A stretch of DNA of 63,028 nt, filler included, from Aduncisulcus paluster (GCA_024181965.1; 5 parts of 5 records of this genome joined end to end with filler, not necessarily neighbours in it); one strand, 5' to 3'; positions 1 through 12,749 are shown, counted from the whole stretch's first letter. A program made the numbers and translations. Notes: generated from the sequence alone by a model not told the origin.

Positions 1-932
1 CGTGGGAAATTCTCTCATGTTGACCCTCATGATAAGTGCCCCCACTGTCAAATGAAAAATCCCCCCTCGTTTCATATCTTCGACTGCAAGCAAATCAGCG
101 GCTCTGCAAACATTCGTTCACACAATGAACTGGCCTCTCTAATCTGTTCCTTCGTAAAAGAGAGTGCTGGAGAGAGCGCTAAACTCGAAGATACTGCATG
201 TGCTACATCAGACACGGACAAAATCCCCGATATTACGTTCCGATTCCATGGTCAGAACACTCAACAAACCTTTGACGTGCTTGATGTTGTCATAACCAAT
301 GCGAACAAAACCATCCGTGATCTGCATCCTATTCCTGTTTCCCCTTCCCCACAGAACGAAAACAATCATGAAACCCAACCTCCTGATCCTGGTGAACTGC
401 CTACACCAGGGGAGGAAAGGGGGTCTCCTGAGACCCCCGCTGAAACTCATGATTCTGGGGACTCTGCTGGTACCAATCAAACCCGCCCATCAACCAACAG
501 GACCCAACGTTCTCAATCTCGCAGGGACAACATGACTATGAAAGATGTCATCAAGGAGGTTGAATCGCCCGTGAAAGCTGCTGAACAGAGCAAGCGCCAA
601 GTCTATCAGAACCTTGCTGCTGTCCGTACTCGCGAAAGACTCCGCAGAGGCACCCCTGTAAGCTCCCTCGGTGAGATGGTCCAAATTGCCAACAGTTCTA
701 TTACATTTATACCTTTTGCTGTGAGGAATTGCCAACAATATCCAAGAATTCTGAGATGGCATCTTCCATTTTACCTCACATGTGCGCTATTGTGTGGGCT
801 TCTCGTAACAGCAGCTTGCTCCCCGATTTAATCACCGTTTCTCAACAGTATACACAAAAACCACAACCTAATAAAATAATGAAAATGAGAAAGGAACAGA
901 AAAAAAATAGGAAAAATATATTAAAACAATAA
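1..932 (+). mobile_element. 3' end of an RLE-type (CRE/R2-like) non-LTR retrotransposon ORF, degenerate, 5'-partial
   Basis: Frame open from base 1: CPHC-x8-H-x3-C zinc knuckle, RSHN, IPDI...LDV, AAEQSK...Y and FIPFAV. These are the ordered motifs of the restriction-like endonuclease domain. The C-terminus appears to continue in another frame after ~722. An A-rich tract follows. Confidence 0.75.
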
Positions 933-969
933 CATACAAAATTGGCAGTTCTTTAATTCACACCCACAC

Positions 970-3180
970 ATGATATATTGTTGTCAAATGCCGAGACTTC
1001 TTCCGATTTGGGTTTCATCTTTGATGGATTTAACAGAAATTCATACATCCCCTTATAAATTCTTTGAATATATTAAGGGTTTGTCTCTTCAAAAGGGCTT
1101 AAAGCCCTCGAAACTCTCAAGGATGCCTATTGTGTTTGATTCTGTATGTTGTGCCAGTTTTTAATCATCAAAACATATTATATTAACCCAGATAATATCT
1201 TATTTGTTCATTCAATATTTTTTAATCATTGCTTGATTATTTTTTTAGCCCCTTGATTTATTTAAATTATACACCACCATCCGCAAATTCGGTGGAATTT
1301 CTAAGGTCACAGAGAAAAGAATGTTTAGGAAAGTTTCTAGAGAGATGGGTTTTCCCGATTCGATTAGTAATATATCACATACTCTCAAAAAGCATTATAA
1401 TAACATTATTTTACCGATTGAAGAGGAATTTGAGCGGATATTCATGATTATTGCATCAGATAAATCATTACCTTCGACTATGCCTTCCGTGTCATCTTCT
1501 ATTCCCCCACCCCTCCCTCCTCCAATTGCTCCCACCGCCCCGATTGACCATTCATTACCTTCTCAATATGGGCATCCTTCGTTTGATTCGCTTTCGTATT
1601 CTCTTTCAACAACTGTTCCAACCTCGTCCTCTGCCTTTCACAATTCTCTTTATCCTGATTCCAAAGATATAATTTATCCCCACCCTGAGGAATCACATCC
1701 TCTCTTTCACACGTCATCAGCATTAATGCATGGCTCAGCGGCCACGTCGAGTGAAAGTCATCATAAACATCATATTCAACAACAGCAAGAACATTTTATA
1801 TTCGGACCATCACAGCCGACTCAATTATCACATCCAATATCGGGATCTTCTTCTTCAAGCTTATCATCATCATCAGGAGGAACTCAGACCACAACTCCAC
1901 CAATGATATCACCGTCTTCAACCGGGAGTTCTACCGGTTCTACCGGTTCTACAACTTCATCGACTGTTTCTCTCTGGTCTAATAAGAGTCCTGAGAAAGA
2001 TGAAGAAGATGAGTATGTTCCTGATGGCGAAGAACGTGAAGAACATGGAGATAGTGCTGATGAATTTAAGGCTTTTAAAGAACTTGCGAAGCGTCAACAT
2101 GTGGCAGAAAAAAGTCGTGTGGAAGAAGACAGAAGACTCGGAGATACAAGCAATATTATTGACCTTCAGAAAAAAGCCTCAGCTCAAGATGGTTCCGATT
2201 CTTCACATCCCGTATTTGTTCAACCTCAACAAGCCATCCCACCCAAGCCACCCTCAGAAGTGCCTCCGTATGTTGCCCCCTCGTGTAATCTTTGTGTGGA
2301 TCTCCTTGCTGTGAGTGAGGTTGCCATTCGAGAGTCGAGTGTGCCTGTGTTGTCATGCGATAAGGTTTTGAGTGCCATCGGAGTTGGATCTTTACGAATG
2401 CTTGTAGAATATTGGAGACATTACGGGATCTCTTTCGATTCTAGGGTTTTACACACAATAGCCACTGAAAAAATGACCATGTCAGACATTATCACATCCG
2501 TTACTGTATTCGTGACATCAGGTCCGATTGTTGCCAATGTAGTGGGACCTAATGTTTCTCATCTTGCTCTAATTATAGATCCTTCGTTCATGTCAACTCC
2601 CTCGTGCTCCTCCTCTTCTCAGAAAAAGAAGAAGAAAATATTGTGTGGAGAGAAGAAGAAACAAGGAATACTTTTAAAGCGAGAGGAAGAGAGAGAAAGA
2701 GACGTGGAAGAGGAACATGATGAAAGTTCTATCACATGCAATAGAAGGTTTCATTGTCCGCAGCTGATGGACATGGAAGTGTGTATTAGGGCTTGCATTA
2801 CAGCTTTTCCAAACGTTCAACACGTATCATTGATTTCTAATTGGGGGGTTTGTAGGGCTTCAATCCCTTTGTTGACATTTCCTCGGTTGTTGTCGGTTTG
2901 TGCCGGTATTTTTTACTCCCTGGAAAGTTCCCCAGAGATTCCAACCTCACGATTTGTTGATATCTTTGCTCAATTGTGCCATAAACGTGGAATTGTCGGT
3001 CGTTTAGAAGTTGGTGAGTTGGGGGAACAGAATATTACTTTCGGCAGTGTCAGTACTTACGATATGGAAGGATTAGTTGAGCGTCTTGGAGGAGATGGTA
3101 TCATTGTACATGGATTGGAGCTGCAATCAAGTTCGTATAAAGTGGAACATACCTCTGATGGAATCTTAATAAAGTTGTGA
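970..3180 (+). CDS. ARID/BRIGHT DNA-binding domain protein; exons 970-1143 and 1249-3180
   Basis: Removing the phase-0 intron 1144-1248 (GTATGT...TTTTTTAG) gives MPIVFDS|PLDLFKLYTTIRKFGGISKVTEKRMFRKVSREMGF...TLKKHY, a typical ARID core. The start could be 970 or 988. Confidence 0.85.
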
Positions 3181-3326
3181 AAGGTGTTTAGAATTCGAAT
3201 TATCCGAGATATTGATTACAGTGTAATCCAAATGTTGATTAGATCCTAATCAAATGAATTAGAGATTGTAGTTGAAAATAATTCACCTTAGAGGAAAATA
3301 CCTCCAAGGAAGATCAAAATACATGT

Positions 3327-4664
3327 TTATTTGCTTGTCTCACTCAGATGGACGCAATGTTTCACTTCAGGGGAGGCCTTTTCTTCATATAATGCTCTGA
3401 ACTCACCATCGACACACAATGATCTCATCAAACGAGTGTAATAATAGGATAAATGGACATCTTGAGAAACAAACGGCCAAGAATCAAACAATTCGGTTGG
3501 ATGGAAGACAGATATCGTCCGAATGAATGATGATAGACTCGCTTCGGGTGATGCGGTGAGGTTTTGAAGAGTAATCAGGGCCTTAGAGAGGATTTTTTCA
3601 TCTTTTCGGCAGAGACAGAACATAACACAAGATATGACACCTCGACCGATCAAATGGGAGTTGAGCCCTGGAACACCAGACATGTTGCTAAAAATAGACA
3701 TTATAAGTTGTTCGAGACCAGAAACACTCGAACAATGAAGAATAAAATTGACCAAATTAGTTCTCATTAATAAAAGACGAACCGATGTAAATGATGAAAC
3801 ATTCTCAATTAAAAATAGAACACTTGAGTATAAAGGATTTGAATAATAAAATAATGGGGTTGGAGCAAGCGTAAACGATGATTCAGAGGGTGTCGAACAG
3901 AATGATGGGAAATACTTAATTCCAAAACTTTGATCCAACGCATCAATCATTTTAAGGCTCAAAAAGCGGGATTCAAAGGTTGTAAATAGAGAATGTTCGC
4001 AAACTTGGGTGATAAATTCAATCCCCAACTTTCGAGAGGAAGGTGGAGAATTGATAATGATATCAGAAAGAATTGAGAGTCTCTGCTCGACTGAGATAGG
4101 AATGCATGGAATAAAATGACGTCTCTGACCTTGTTTTCCTTCACGACGAGATTGATGTTCAAATTCGAGAGAGAGCTTGGGTTCCTTTTCATCAGGGATA
4201 TCTTCACTGGATTCAGTTAATTTAATGGGTAATGCGTGACTTTCGGCTTTGCTTTTATCAATTGAGAAAGCGATCTCGGGGAAACAAACATCATAGAGGG
4301 ATGGTATCTTGGAAAGTTTCAAAAAACAAGAAAGAGTGCTAATAAGGGTATTCAAAATAGGTTGGTTGCACGATTCATCATACGATTTCAGTTTTTCCGG
4401 GGTTAATTCATGAATATTTCTTAAATCGAAAGATGGTAACTTTGTAACACATAAATATGCAATAAAAAAGAGAGTATTAACACAATCTGGAAGAAATACA
4501 AGGGAATCTTGGCTTAAACGGGTTAGAAATCTTTCTAGCATTTGGAGAGACTTGACTTTTTTTTCGAAAGGTAAATCTTTGTTTGAAAGCTCTGTTAATA
4601 ACCTTGGAATGCCTCGTTCATCTATGGCAATCACAGGACATTGTTTTAATAACGAAGTAATCAT
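3327..4664 (-). CDS. hypothetical helical (ARM/HEAT-like) protein
   Basis: ~445-aa ORF from the first ATG at 4664. C-terminal Leu-rich helical segments (IFSNMS, ALITLQNLT) resemble ARM repeats. Confidence 0.55.
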   Translation of the reverse strand: MITSLLKQCPVIAIDERGIPRLLTELSNKDLPFEKKVKSLQMLERFLTRLSQDSLVFLPDCVNTLFFIAYLCVTKLPSFDLRNIHELTPEKLKSYDESCNQPILNTLISTLSCFLKLSKIPSLYDVCFPEIAFSIDKSKAESHALPIKLTESSEDIPDEKEPKLSLEFEHQSRREGKQGQRRHFIPCIPISVEQRLSILSDIIINSPPSSRKLGIEFITQVCEHSLFTTFESRFLSLKMIDALDQSFGIKYFPSFCSTPSESSFTLAPTPLFYYSNPLYSSVLFLIENVSSFTSVRLLLMRTNLVNFILHCSSVSGLEQLIMSIFSNMSGVPGLNSHLIGRGVISCVMFCLCRKDEKILSKALITLQNLTASPEASLSSFIRTISVFHPTELFDSWPFVSQDVHLSYYYTRLMRSLCVDGEFRALYEEKASPEVKHCVHLSETSK

Positions 4665-4856
4665 TACAATTGTGTGTATCAAGCAAACAATAATCAACAA
4701 ATTTTTTTGTTGTTGTCATCCAAATATACGTTATTTAAAGAATTCAGTGATTCGAAGCAAGTCAATAAATAAATAATCACCAATCCAAATTAGTAATTTT
4801 ATTTATTTTCCATCCCTGAGTAACCTTAGCCAATTTTTCCGACATCACGGATTATC

Positions 4857-5980
4857 ATGAGTTCAAAATTTATTCGAAGAGTTACTTCTGAGCTCAAAGA
4901 TCTCGCTAAGAAGCCTCAAGTTGGGTTTAAAATAGCCCCTCTGTCTGATATGCATGAAATCCATTTCTCGATGGAGGGAGCTGATGATTCAGTATATAGT
5001 GGTGGAATGTATGTTTATAATAACTTGTTGATTCATCTTTTTACCTTATAATTTTCTAAAATTATTTTCTAATCCATTTGACGTCTAATTATCTTTTCAA
5101 ATACACCTGCTAACTTAAATTATTTGTTATAACAAACAATCTCTCCTCATTTTCGTAACATTTCCATTTTGAACGACAATTATCCCCATTCTTTTCCTAA
5201 TTTCTTCCGATATTCCTCATTTTTTCATTTTTTTCTCAACTCTGTAAATCTCAAACATTTTTTTTATTCTATCTATTATTCTATGCTAGATATCATGGAA
5301 GACTAATTCTCTCTTCAGATTATCCATTTCATCCCCCTGACATTGAATTATTAAACCCTAATGGCCGATGGGAGATTAATCGTCCCATATGTCTTTCAAT
5401 AACGTCATTTCATAAAGAATCATGGGCTGCATCTTGGAATATCCGTTCTGTTCTGATAGCCCTCCAATCTGTTATGTTGGATCCTGGGCTGGGTGCTGTC
5501 GGTGCCATAGAGCTTCCATCCGATGAAAGGAAACGATTGGCGCTTAAATCGAGGTGTTATAAATGTTTAGCGTGCAAAATAGATCATAAAGAAATGTATT
5601 CAGAAAAAGAAGAAAGAGAAAGAGAAGAGAAAAAGAAGAGAGAGGAAGAGGAGAAGAGGAAAGAAGAAATGAAAGAAAAAGAAAAGACAGAGGGAGATGG
5701 GATTCTTGATGACAAAATAGATTCTGAGAAAGTTGTTGTTCATACTTCGAGTTCTGATGGTGTGAAACAAGAAGAAAAAGGTGAGACGAAAAAGAAGAGG
5801 AAAATCAAGAAAAAGAGACAAATCGGAGATAAAATGGTACAATCATTTGACAAAGAACGAGATCATAAAAGATTACGAACAATTCTTACTTTGTTTGTAT
5901 TTATAATAATAATTGGGGTTGCTTTTGGTTATGGAGTGAAGGTTAGAATAGATAATTCTTCATCTTTCGGGGAAATATGA
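4857..5980 (+). CDS. UBE2J: ER-anchored ubiquitin-conjugating enzyme E2 J (Ubc6 family); exons 4857-5008 and 5290-5980
   Basis: Removing intron 5009-5289 (GTATGT...CTAG) gives YSGGIYHGRLILSSDYPFHPPDIELLNPNGRWEINRPICLSITSFHKESW. C-terminal TM helix present. Confidence 0.92.
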
Positions 5981-6202
5981 GACATTCGTTTCTGTTTTTG
6001 AGTGAATTATACAATAAAATACGTTTTATTAAGAAGTTACATTTCATTATATACTGAAGAAATAGAATCGGGATATTTTTATATTTCACGGTGTCAATAC
6101 TATAAAGAAGCAATTTTATTAGATTGCATTCAAATCATATAAAAGAATGAAAAGATATGAGGTTTATTTTATGAATAAAATTAGTCGAAAATTAAAAATA
6201 TC

Positions 6203-6275
6203 GGTCGGTTTGCACAGTTGGTAGTGCGTTGGTCTGATAAGCCAAAGGTCCTGGGTTCGAGCCCCAGATCGACCA
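6203..6275 (+). tRNA. tRNA-Ile, anticodon GAT
   Basis: Full cloverleaf: acceptor GGTCGGT/ATCGACC, D arm GCAC/GTGC, anticodon arm TTGGT-CTGATAA-GCCAA, T arm CTGGG-TTCGAGC-CCCAG, discriminator A. Confidence 0.93.
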
Positions 6276-7002
6276 TTTATTTGATATCTACCTTGTTATA
6301 ACTCGAAAAACTCCAATTCAACCATATTTGAGCGATATTCATATATATAATCTCATTTTAAATCAAATTATTGTGATTTAAAAGAAATTTGGTTTTTCTA
6401 ATCTATTTTTAGGATATCTATTTTTAGAAATCAAGTTCTTGATTTCATAATAAAAATGCAAATTTATCGAGATTATCCAATAAAACCGCTATTTTATTGA
6501 GAAATCTGAAGGAATTATTTCAATTCTCATCCATTAGTAAAAATGGTTATTTAATGGTGATTTAGCCATAAATATTGAATATAATTGAAGTATAACTTTA
6601 TAAAAATAGATAAAATTACATTTTTATATTGGTTGTTCTATTTTTAGAATTTCTATTTTTAGAACATCGGGAATTTGGCTTTGATATGTATGTAAAACTA
6701 CTTTCAAATCATGAGTGTTTGCAAATTTTACTTCATTAAAATTTTCCATAAATGATTGTAAAGCATCACAATCAAAGTTGTCGAATGTGTTTTACATCTA
6801 TTTAGATGATCTATTAGAAATAATGATCCAAGTGATGGATATATATTGAGGAGGTTTTATTTTTAAGTGGGTTTGGCTTTTTTGGGTCCCAATCCTCATT
6901 TTCTCAGTCATCTTGAAGAAATATCTTTGACCAATATTGAAAATCCCTCAATTTTCTTCAGGCTGGACCTCTGAGAGTCTTCAAGCAACTTGTGATCACA
7001 TT

Positions 7003-10000
7003 TCATTTTTTATTTTTCCTGCCAGGATTCACCTGTTTCCTTTTAGCTGGTATCTTCTTCCGGCGACCATTTGCTGATATTTTGTCCATCGATTTCCTCG
7101 TCTTTCGAGACTTATCTTTTCTCAATCCAGCGAGTAAATTCTGTGACAATTTCCTTTCAACATCTCCAAAGGAAACCAAAGAGGTCACCGGTCTAATTTT
7201 CAATGACATCCCACAAAAAGAGACATTAATTTCATTGAAAATCCTAGAAGCGACGTGTTTTGAACTCAAAAGAATAAACATCACCTTTTCATCAACATGA
7301 CGCACATTAATTATCGTACTTTCAACTGCAAGAACACACCGAGGGCGAGAGTGAGTCAATGGATGTTCTGAAAATATAGAGCTTGAGAAAGTATCACAAT
7401 GTGATGAATGTTGCAAGGGGATTGCAAAGGGTAACCGTAAATAGGAATCATGAGGGTAAACCGGATTAATCGATGAAGCTGATGATGTTCTAAAAATAGT
7501 CGATGAGAGTGTCACATTCAGAATTTCACCAATATTTTGAGAATATTTAGCAATTATATTGATAGGATCAATGTCACATCCACTTCCAACGGCAACTTCG
7601 GCTTTTCTCTCTTCCTCTTCTTCTGCAGCCTTTCTCTGATCTTCTTGCTGTTTCTTCCAACATGCATCCAACACATTTCTAACAATTGCTTCACATCCAA
7701 AAATAGCAACTTTCTCATCCTCTAAAAATGAATCTGGTGGATTATCTATTCTCCAAACCCTCGAATGGACAGGATCCACGAACTCAGATATAGGTGCCAA
7801 CGATGAGCCTCCAGATTCAACAATAGAGTCCATAGCATGCAGTTGACTGGTAATTGTGTGTAAGGATAATATATTTGGATCGAATTTCTTTGTTTTATCT
7901 TTGTCTATATATTTCTCCTTGAATTTAATCTCATCATCATCTGCTAACTCATCAAGATGGGCTAGTCTCACACCATAATCCTTTTGAACCCTTTCGAATT
8001 CCCCCTTTAGAAACATTAAATTGTCAAAAGCATTTTTAAAGTATGAGCCCCAAGCGGCAGCAACAGAAATAGTCACATGCTTTGGCTCCTCAAGAGCAAA
8101 TTCATCTTCTTTTCCCATTTCTATTTCTTCTTCTTCCTCTTCTTTTCTTTCCTTTTCTAGAGAGTCAAAGGAAGATGGAGACCTTTTTGAAATCCCATAC
8201 TCGTATGATCTTCCAAATATCATTTTAATCCTTTCTTCATCGACAACATCTCCCAAACCAATCATTAAATCATCTTTATCATCCAATTCATCACGTTTAT
8301 CTCTATTTTTAGAACTTTGAGAAGAAAATGAGGAAGAAGAGGAAGAAGAAGTTGCTTGAATTGAAGAAGAACGATTAAAAACTTTCATGAGATACTCAGA
8401 ATCTAAAAATAGCCATTCAGTTTCATATTTCTTAAAAAAATCATCAGCTTCCTCAATTTTGAGTTGGAGACGGTAATTCTCGGTCAAAAAAACATCTTCT
8501 ATCTGACTAATTTTTGAATTAAAAGTCGTTTTAAGTTTTTGTCTTGCAGATACACGCTTCTCCTGTCTAACTCCCTTCAAACGTCTCGCTTCTTTCTCAG
8601 AGAGTCCCTCAAACTCAATCAAATCCATTTCATCCGCCAACAGATCCTCAAAATTCTCAAAATTATCTTGAGAATGTTGACAAAGGATAACGCCTGCTCC
8701 ATCAACAGTTGATGCGATGGGCCCCAACGTTGAAGTTGTAAGTTCATCTAAATCATTGGAAGAAGTACTATCAGTATATCTATTTATAGAAGCCTGAGAA
8801 GAACCATCAACCGCAATCGATTCCTTTGCTTTCTTTTTAGCTCTTATGATCTTTGATTGTTTCATAAGTTCCTCTTTATCCTTGCTGAGCCATGCCCATT
8901 TCACCTTTAAGCCAGAACCAAATTGAGAGAATACACGGTCTGATTTATGTTGTTCAAAAGCATAGTATGCCATTGTAGCATCCTCAATCGTCTCAAATAG
9001 AATGGAGTACGTGTGGGAAGACTTCTTCTTAATGTCGGTGAATTGCCGTGCTTTAATGGGGAAATGAGGAGAGGAAGACGAGGAAGACGAAGGAAATCTC
9101 GATCTTGGGAAGATTGTACAGAAAAATTGATCTAACTGTGGATATAATTTCCCAATCCCTTCAACATTTGAAAATTTTAAACCATTGGCATAGAAATCTT
9201 CAAGTTTTGTTTTGTGAATAGCTCGTTGGAAGAAATTCATTTTCGAGGATGATTTTGGAAACATCCGATGCTTTGAATATTGAGCATTAAAACTGTCGAT
9301 AGGAATCAATGCTGAGGGCTTGGAGGATTCGCTGGATGTGGCTTGATCGGATTGAGGCGTGATTTTCTCAGAATGACGTGAAATTGATGGAACTTGTGAT
9401 TTCATATCAGGAAGATGTGATTGTCGGGGGGATTGTTGTTGATCTTCCTCTCTGGATTCTAAATATAGAATATCGGATTGTTCCTCGGAGGAATGATGAG
9501 AAGAATGGGGNNNNNNNNNNNNNNNNNNNNGGAAACATCCGATGCTTTGAATATTGAGCATTAAAACTGTCGATAGGAATCAATGCTGAGGGCTTGGAGG
9601 ATTCGCTGGATGTGGCTTGATCGGATTGGGGCGTGATTTTCTCAGAATGACGTGAAATTGATGGAACTTGTGATTTCATATCAGGAAGATGTGATTGTCG
9701 GGGGGATTGTTGTTGATCTTCCTCTCTGGATTCTAAATATAGAATATCGGATTGTTCCTCGGAGGAATGATGAGAAGAATGGGGAAGAGGGCCCTTTATA
9801 GTATGAGAAGCCACAGATGGGGATGAATCTTGAACATACATGGCAAATTCATCTTGTGATGATCTACTAACATGCGAACGTGATAAATAAACAGGCTGAG
9901 ACTTGAATTTAGCAATTAGATGCAAAATGTTTTCTTTAAATCTATAATATTTCTCTGACGTATATCGATGTTGATAAATAAATTGATGGAAACTTTTCAG

Positions 10001-10141
10001 GGTCTCTTCTAAATTGGTAGAAGGATTAAAAATTATTGAATAAAATGTTTTGATTGAGCTGAATAATGTATCATCTATATCAGCGAGCTGAATGTAGGGA
10101 TTAATACTAGAAAAGGAAGAAGTGAGACAAGGTGCTGACAT
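7003..10141 (-). CDS. hypothetical ~954-aa protein, possibly with RRM-like segments; split by a gap/overlap artefact
   Basis: ORFs 9407-10144 and 7003-9561 join in frame once the 274-nt overlap+gap is removed. The motifs YSILFETIEDATMAY...LKVKWA and MFILLSSKHVASRIFNEIN...LKIRP are RRM-like. Confidence 0.65.
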
Positions 10142-10527
10142 CAAAGTTAAAATAGGATTTGGACGTACAAATACAATATTTCTTGAAGTATAAGATCTTC
10201 ATTCATCAGTATTTAGGACAAATTATTCAGATTTCACAAGAAAATGTAAAATGTAAATTTTTCAAAAAACTTTTTTAGTTGCACTAGCGTTTTTCTGTAG
10301 AGTCACTCAGCAGTAATCTGAGATTACAACACTTAACTAATTGCTAAAACCTTATTAATATGAAGAGAAATATAGATAAGCTTTATTTATTAATCTCTAA
10401 ATTGGTTAATCGTGCCAATATCGAATTTCGATCGAAATTAGTTGTTATCATTGAAGTAAAGCGAATCTCAATCCAAAAATATAATCTGATATGCCAGTTA
10501 CTTAAATGTATATTTGTCATTTATTCC

Positions 10528-11828
10528 TTACATTACCAATTGGCCATTTTTATCTTTATGTACCTTTAATATCATTTCTTCATTCTTTTTAAGTTGATCA
10601 CACAGAATAATCAGAATATTTCTCAAATCACGCAAACTGGATCTAAATTCGGAGAGTTCCTTTTCGTCAATTCCAATCATAACTAAATAAAGGTCTTTAA
10701 TCGAGGGAGTAGCCATCAAAGCCTCAACCCGATTGGCTCTATCGCGGTGATATTGGAGGCATTCATCACGAAGTGCAAGAACAGCATCCTCAGCTCTTCC
10801 GACCTCTGTTAGGAAGTTTGTTTGCACAGATACTCCAAAATCTTGACCTCCTTCAATTTTTGGCATTCGCAACTGGAGCATCATCTTAATAGGGCTCAAA
10901 TGATCAGCTATCTTGACAAGTTCGGTTTTAAGCAAATCGATANNNNNNNNNNNNNNNNNNNNCTAAATTCGGAGAGTTCCTTTTCGTCAATTCCAATCAT
11001 AACTAAATAAAGGTCTTTAATCGAGGGAGTAGCCATCAAAGCCTCAACCCGATTGGCTCTATCGCGGTGATATTGGAGGCATTCATCACGAAGTGCAAGA
11101 ACAGCATCCTCAGCTCTTCCGACCTCTGTTAGGAAGTTTGTTTGCACAGATACTCCAAAATCTTGACCTCCTTCAATTTTTGGCATTCGCAACTGGAGCA
11201 TCATCTTAATAGGGCTCAAATGATCAGCTATCTTGACAAGTTCGGTTTTAAGCAAATCGATAAGTTCCACAATGGGTTTGGCAGCATCTTTAAGCAATCT
11301 AACCCGCCATAACTCTGAAATATCGGAGATAGACTTCGGTTGTGAGACGAAAGAAACATCTTTATCTTTCATGAATGGAGAAGAGCTTGAACTTGAACTG
11401 GATGAAGCAGTATCTCTCGATGATTCCTCCATCAACGCTTGACGAGTAATAGAAGAAAGTGTATCAATATCAACAGCCATACTACGATCAAAAGCATGCC
11501 TTTTGACAGGAATTGGGGCACTTATTGATAATGGAGGAAGCTTTGCGAGTTTTTCATCAATTTCTTTATCATCTACCCAACCCGCCAACACGACACGTTT
11601 CAATTCCAATGCATATTTTTCAGGATATCCTTCTTGAATAAGTGGATGATCTGTTAATAATTTATCAAGGCTTAATATCATCTTTGGTAACCCGATAAAA
11701 ATTGCTTCATATGCTGCTTTATAAATTTCTTCGTGAATAACCCTTACCTTCTTTCTTAACCCTTTCGCTTGTTTAATAAAGTCAATTTTTTTGTCCATTA
11801 GTGGGTCCAAATGTAACTGACGATGCAT
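10528..11828 (-). CDS. PSME3: proteasome activator PA28/REG (11S) family, ~326 aa; split by a gap/overlap artefact
   Basis: LQLRMPKIEGGQDFGVSVQ matches the PA28 activation-loop region (IQLLIPRIEDGNNFGVSIQ), followed by YHRDRA...DEKE...LRN. In frame after removing the 320-nt duplicate. Confidence 0.85.
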
Positions 11829-12430
11829 AGGATTGTTCGATGGCAATCATTTTTTTCCGCAAAATATCTAATTTTGTTTGCTAATTTTTGAACAATATGT
11901 AGCTTTTTTAGGTCGTTAGCTTTCCTTCTTTTCCTTTTGGTCATAGATCCGGATTTGTCTATTTTCTCGAAATCTGTATATGTATCTAAATATAAACTGA
12001 AAAGGGGTCTAAAAAAAAATAGGATTATCAATGGTTTTGTCCATATTGTATTGCAGTTTTATTAAATTATTAATTTTAATGTTGAGTAGGCAACAGTCTC
12101 AGACAACAGTTATCATTCAATGATTTGCGAAGTTATCATTCGCATGTCAAGTACTGACCTATGCTTTTCTTCTTTTTTTATGTTTTTGTCAAGGGTTTTT
12201 CTTATTCTGATATGAATCTTTTCCCTTAAAGTGGAGGTTTTTCTTTTGTCTTCAAGACGGCAAGATTTCTTGCTATCCTTTTTCTTGAAGAGAGAACTTT
12301 TCCTCCTTCCATTGGTAGGGTGTTTTTAATTTTTTTTTACATCCTCCCTTTTTTTTGGCTTTTTTTTTTACGACCGCTTCCCCCGTCCGTTCCGATAGTT
12401 CCTGCTTCCCCTTTTTTTTTTTTTTTTTTT

Positions 12431-12749
12431 GCTCAGCATGGAGCACTTCAATTACCTCCGTGCTGAGCAGGTCACGATGCTCGGTCTCTCTCTGCCAGAG
12501 CCGTGCTCAGGTAGGGAGATGATGGAGAGATGTGTTCGTCGACATAGGGAGGCCAAGGATTCATTATTCCCTCGATTAATGTTGAGGCCAATCTATGAAC
12601 AGCAGTGTTGTTTTGGACAGTATCTTCTTTTCGAGGGGAAGAGTATATGCGATTTATTCGTTTCCTGTCCAAATAGCACATGGCTAGTAAATGTAACTGA
12701 TTGGCTTTAACTTGACGAGTTCAAATACTATGTTCAGAAATATTAATCA
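12431..12749 (+). repeat. near-identical 5'-truncated copy of 12818-13137, preceded by a poly-T tract
   Basis: Direct sequence identity except one SNP (GAGATGATGG vs GAGCTGATGG). Separated from the other copy by a 20-N gap. Confidence 0.85.

Noticed and set aside
10643..11262. Apparent tandem PA28 genes
   Set aside because: Exact overlap around a 20-N gap; merges into one ORF.
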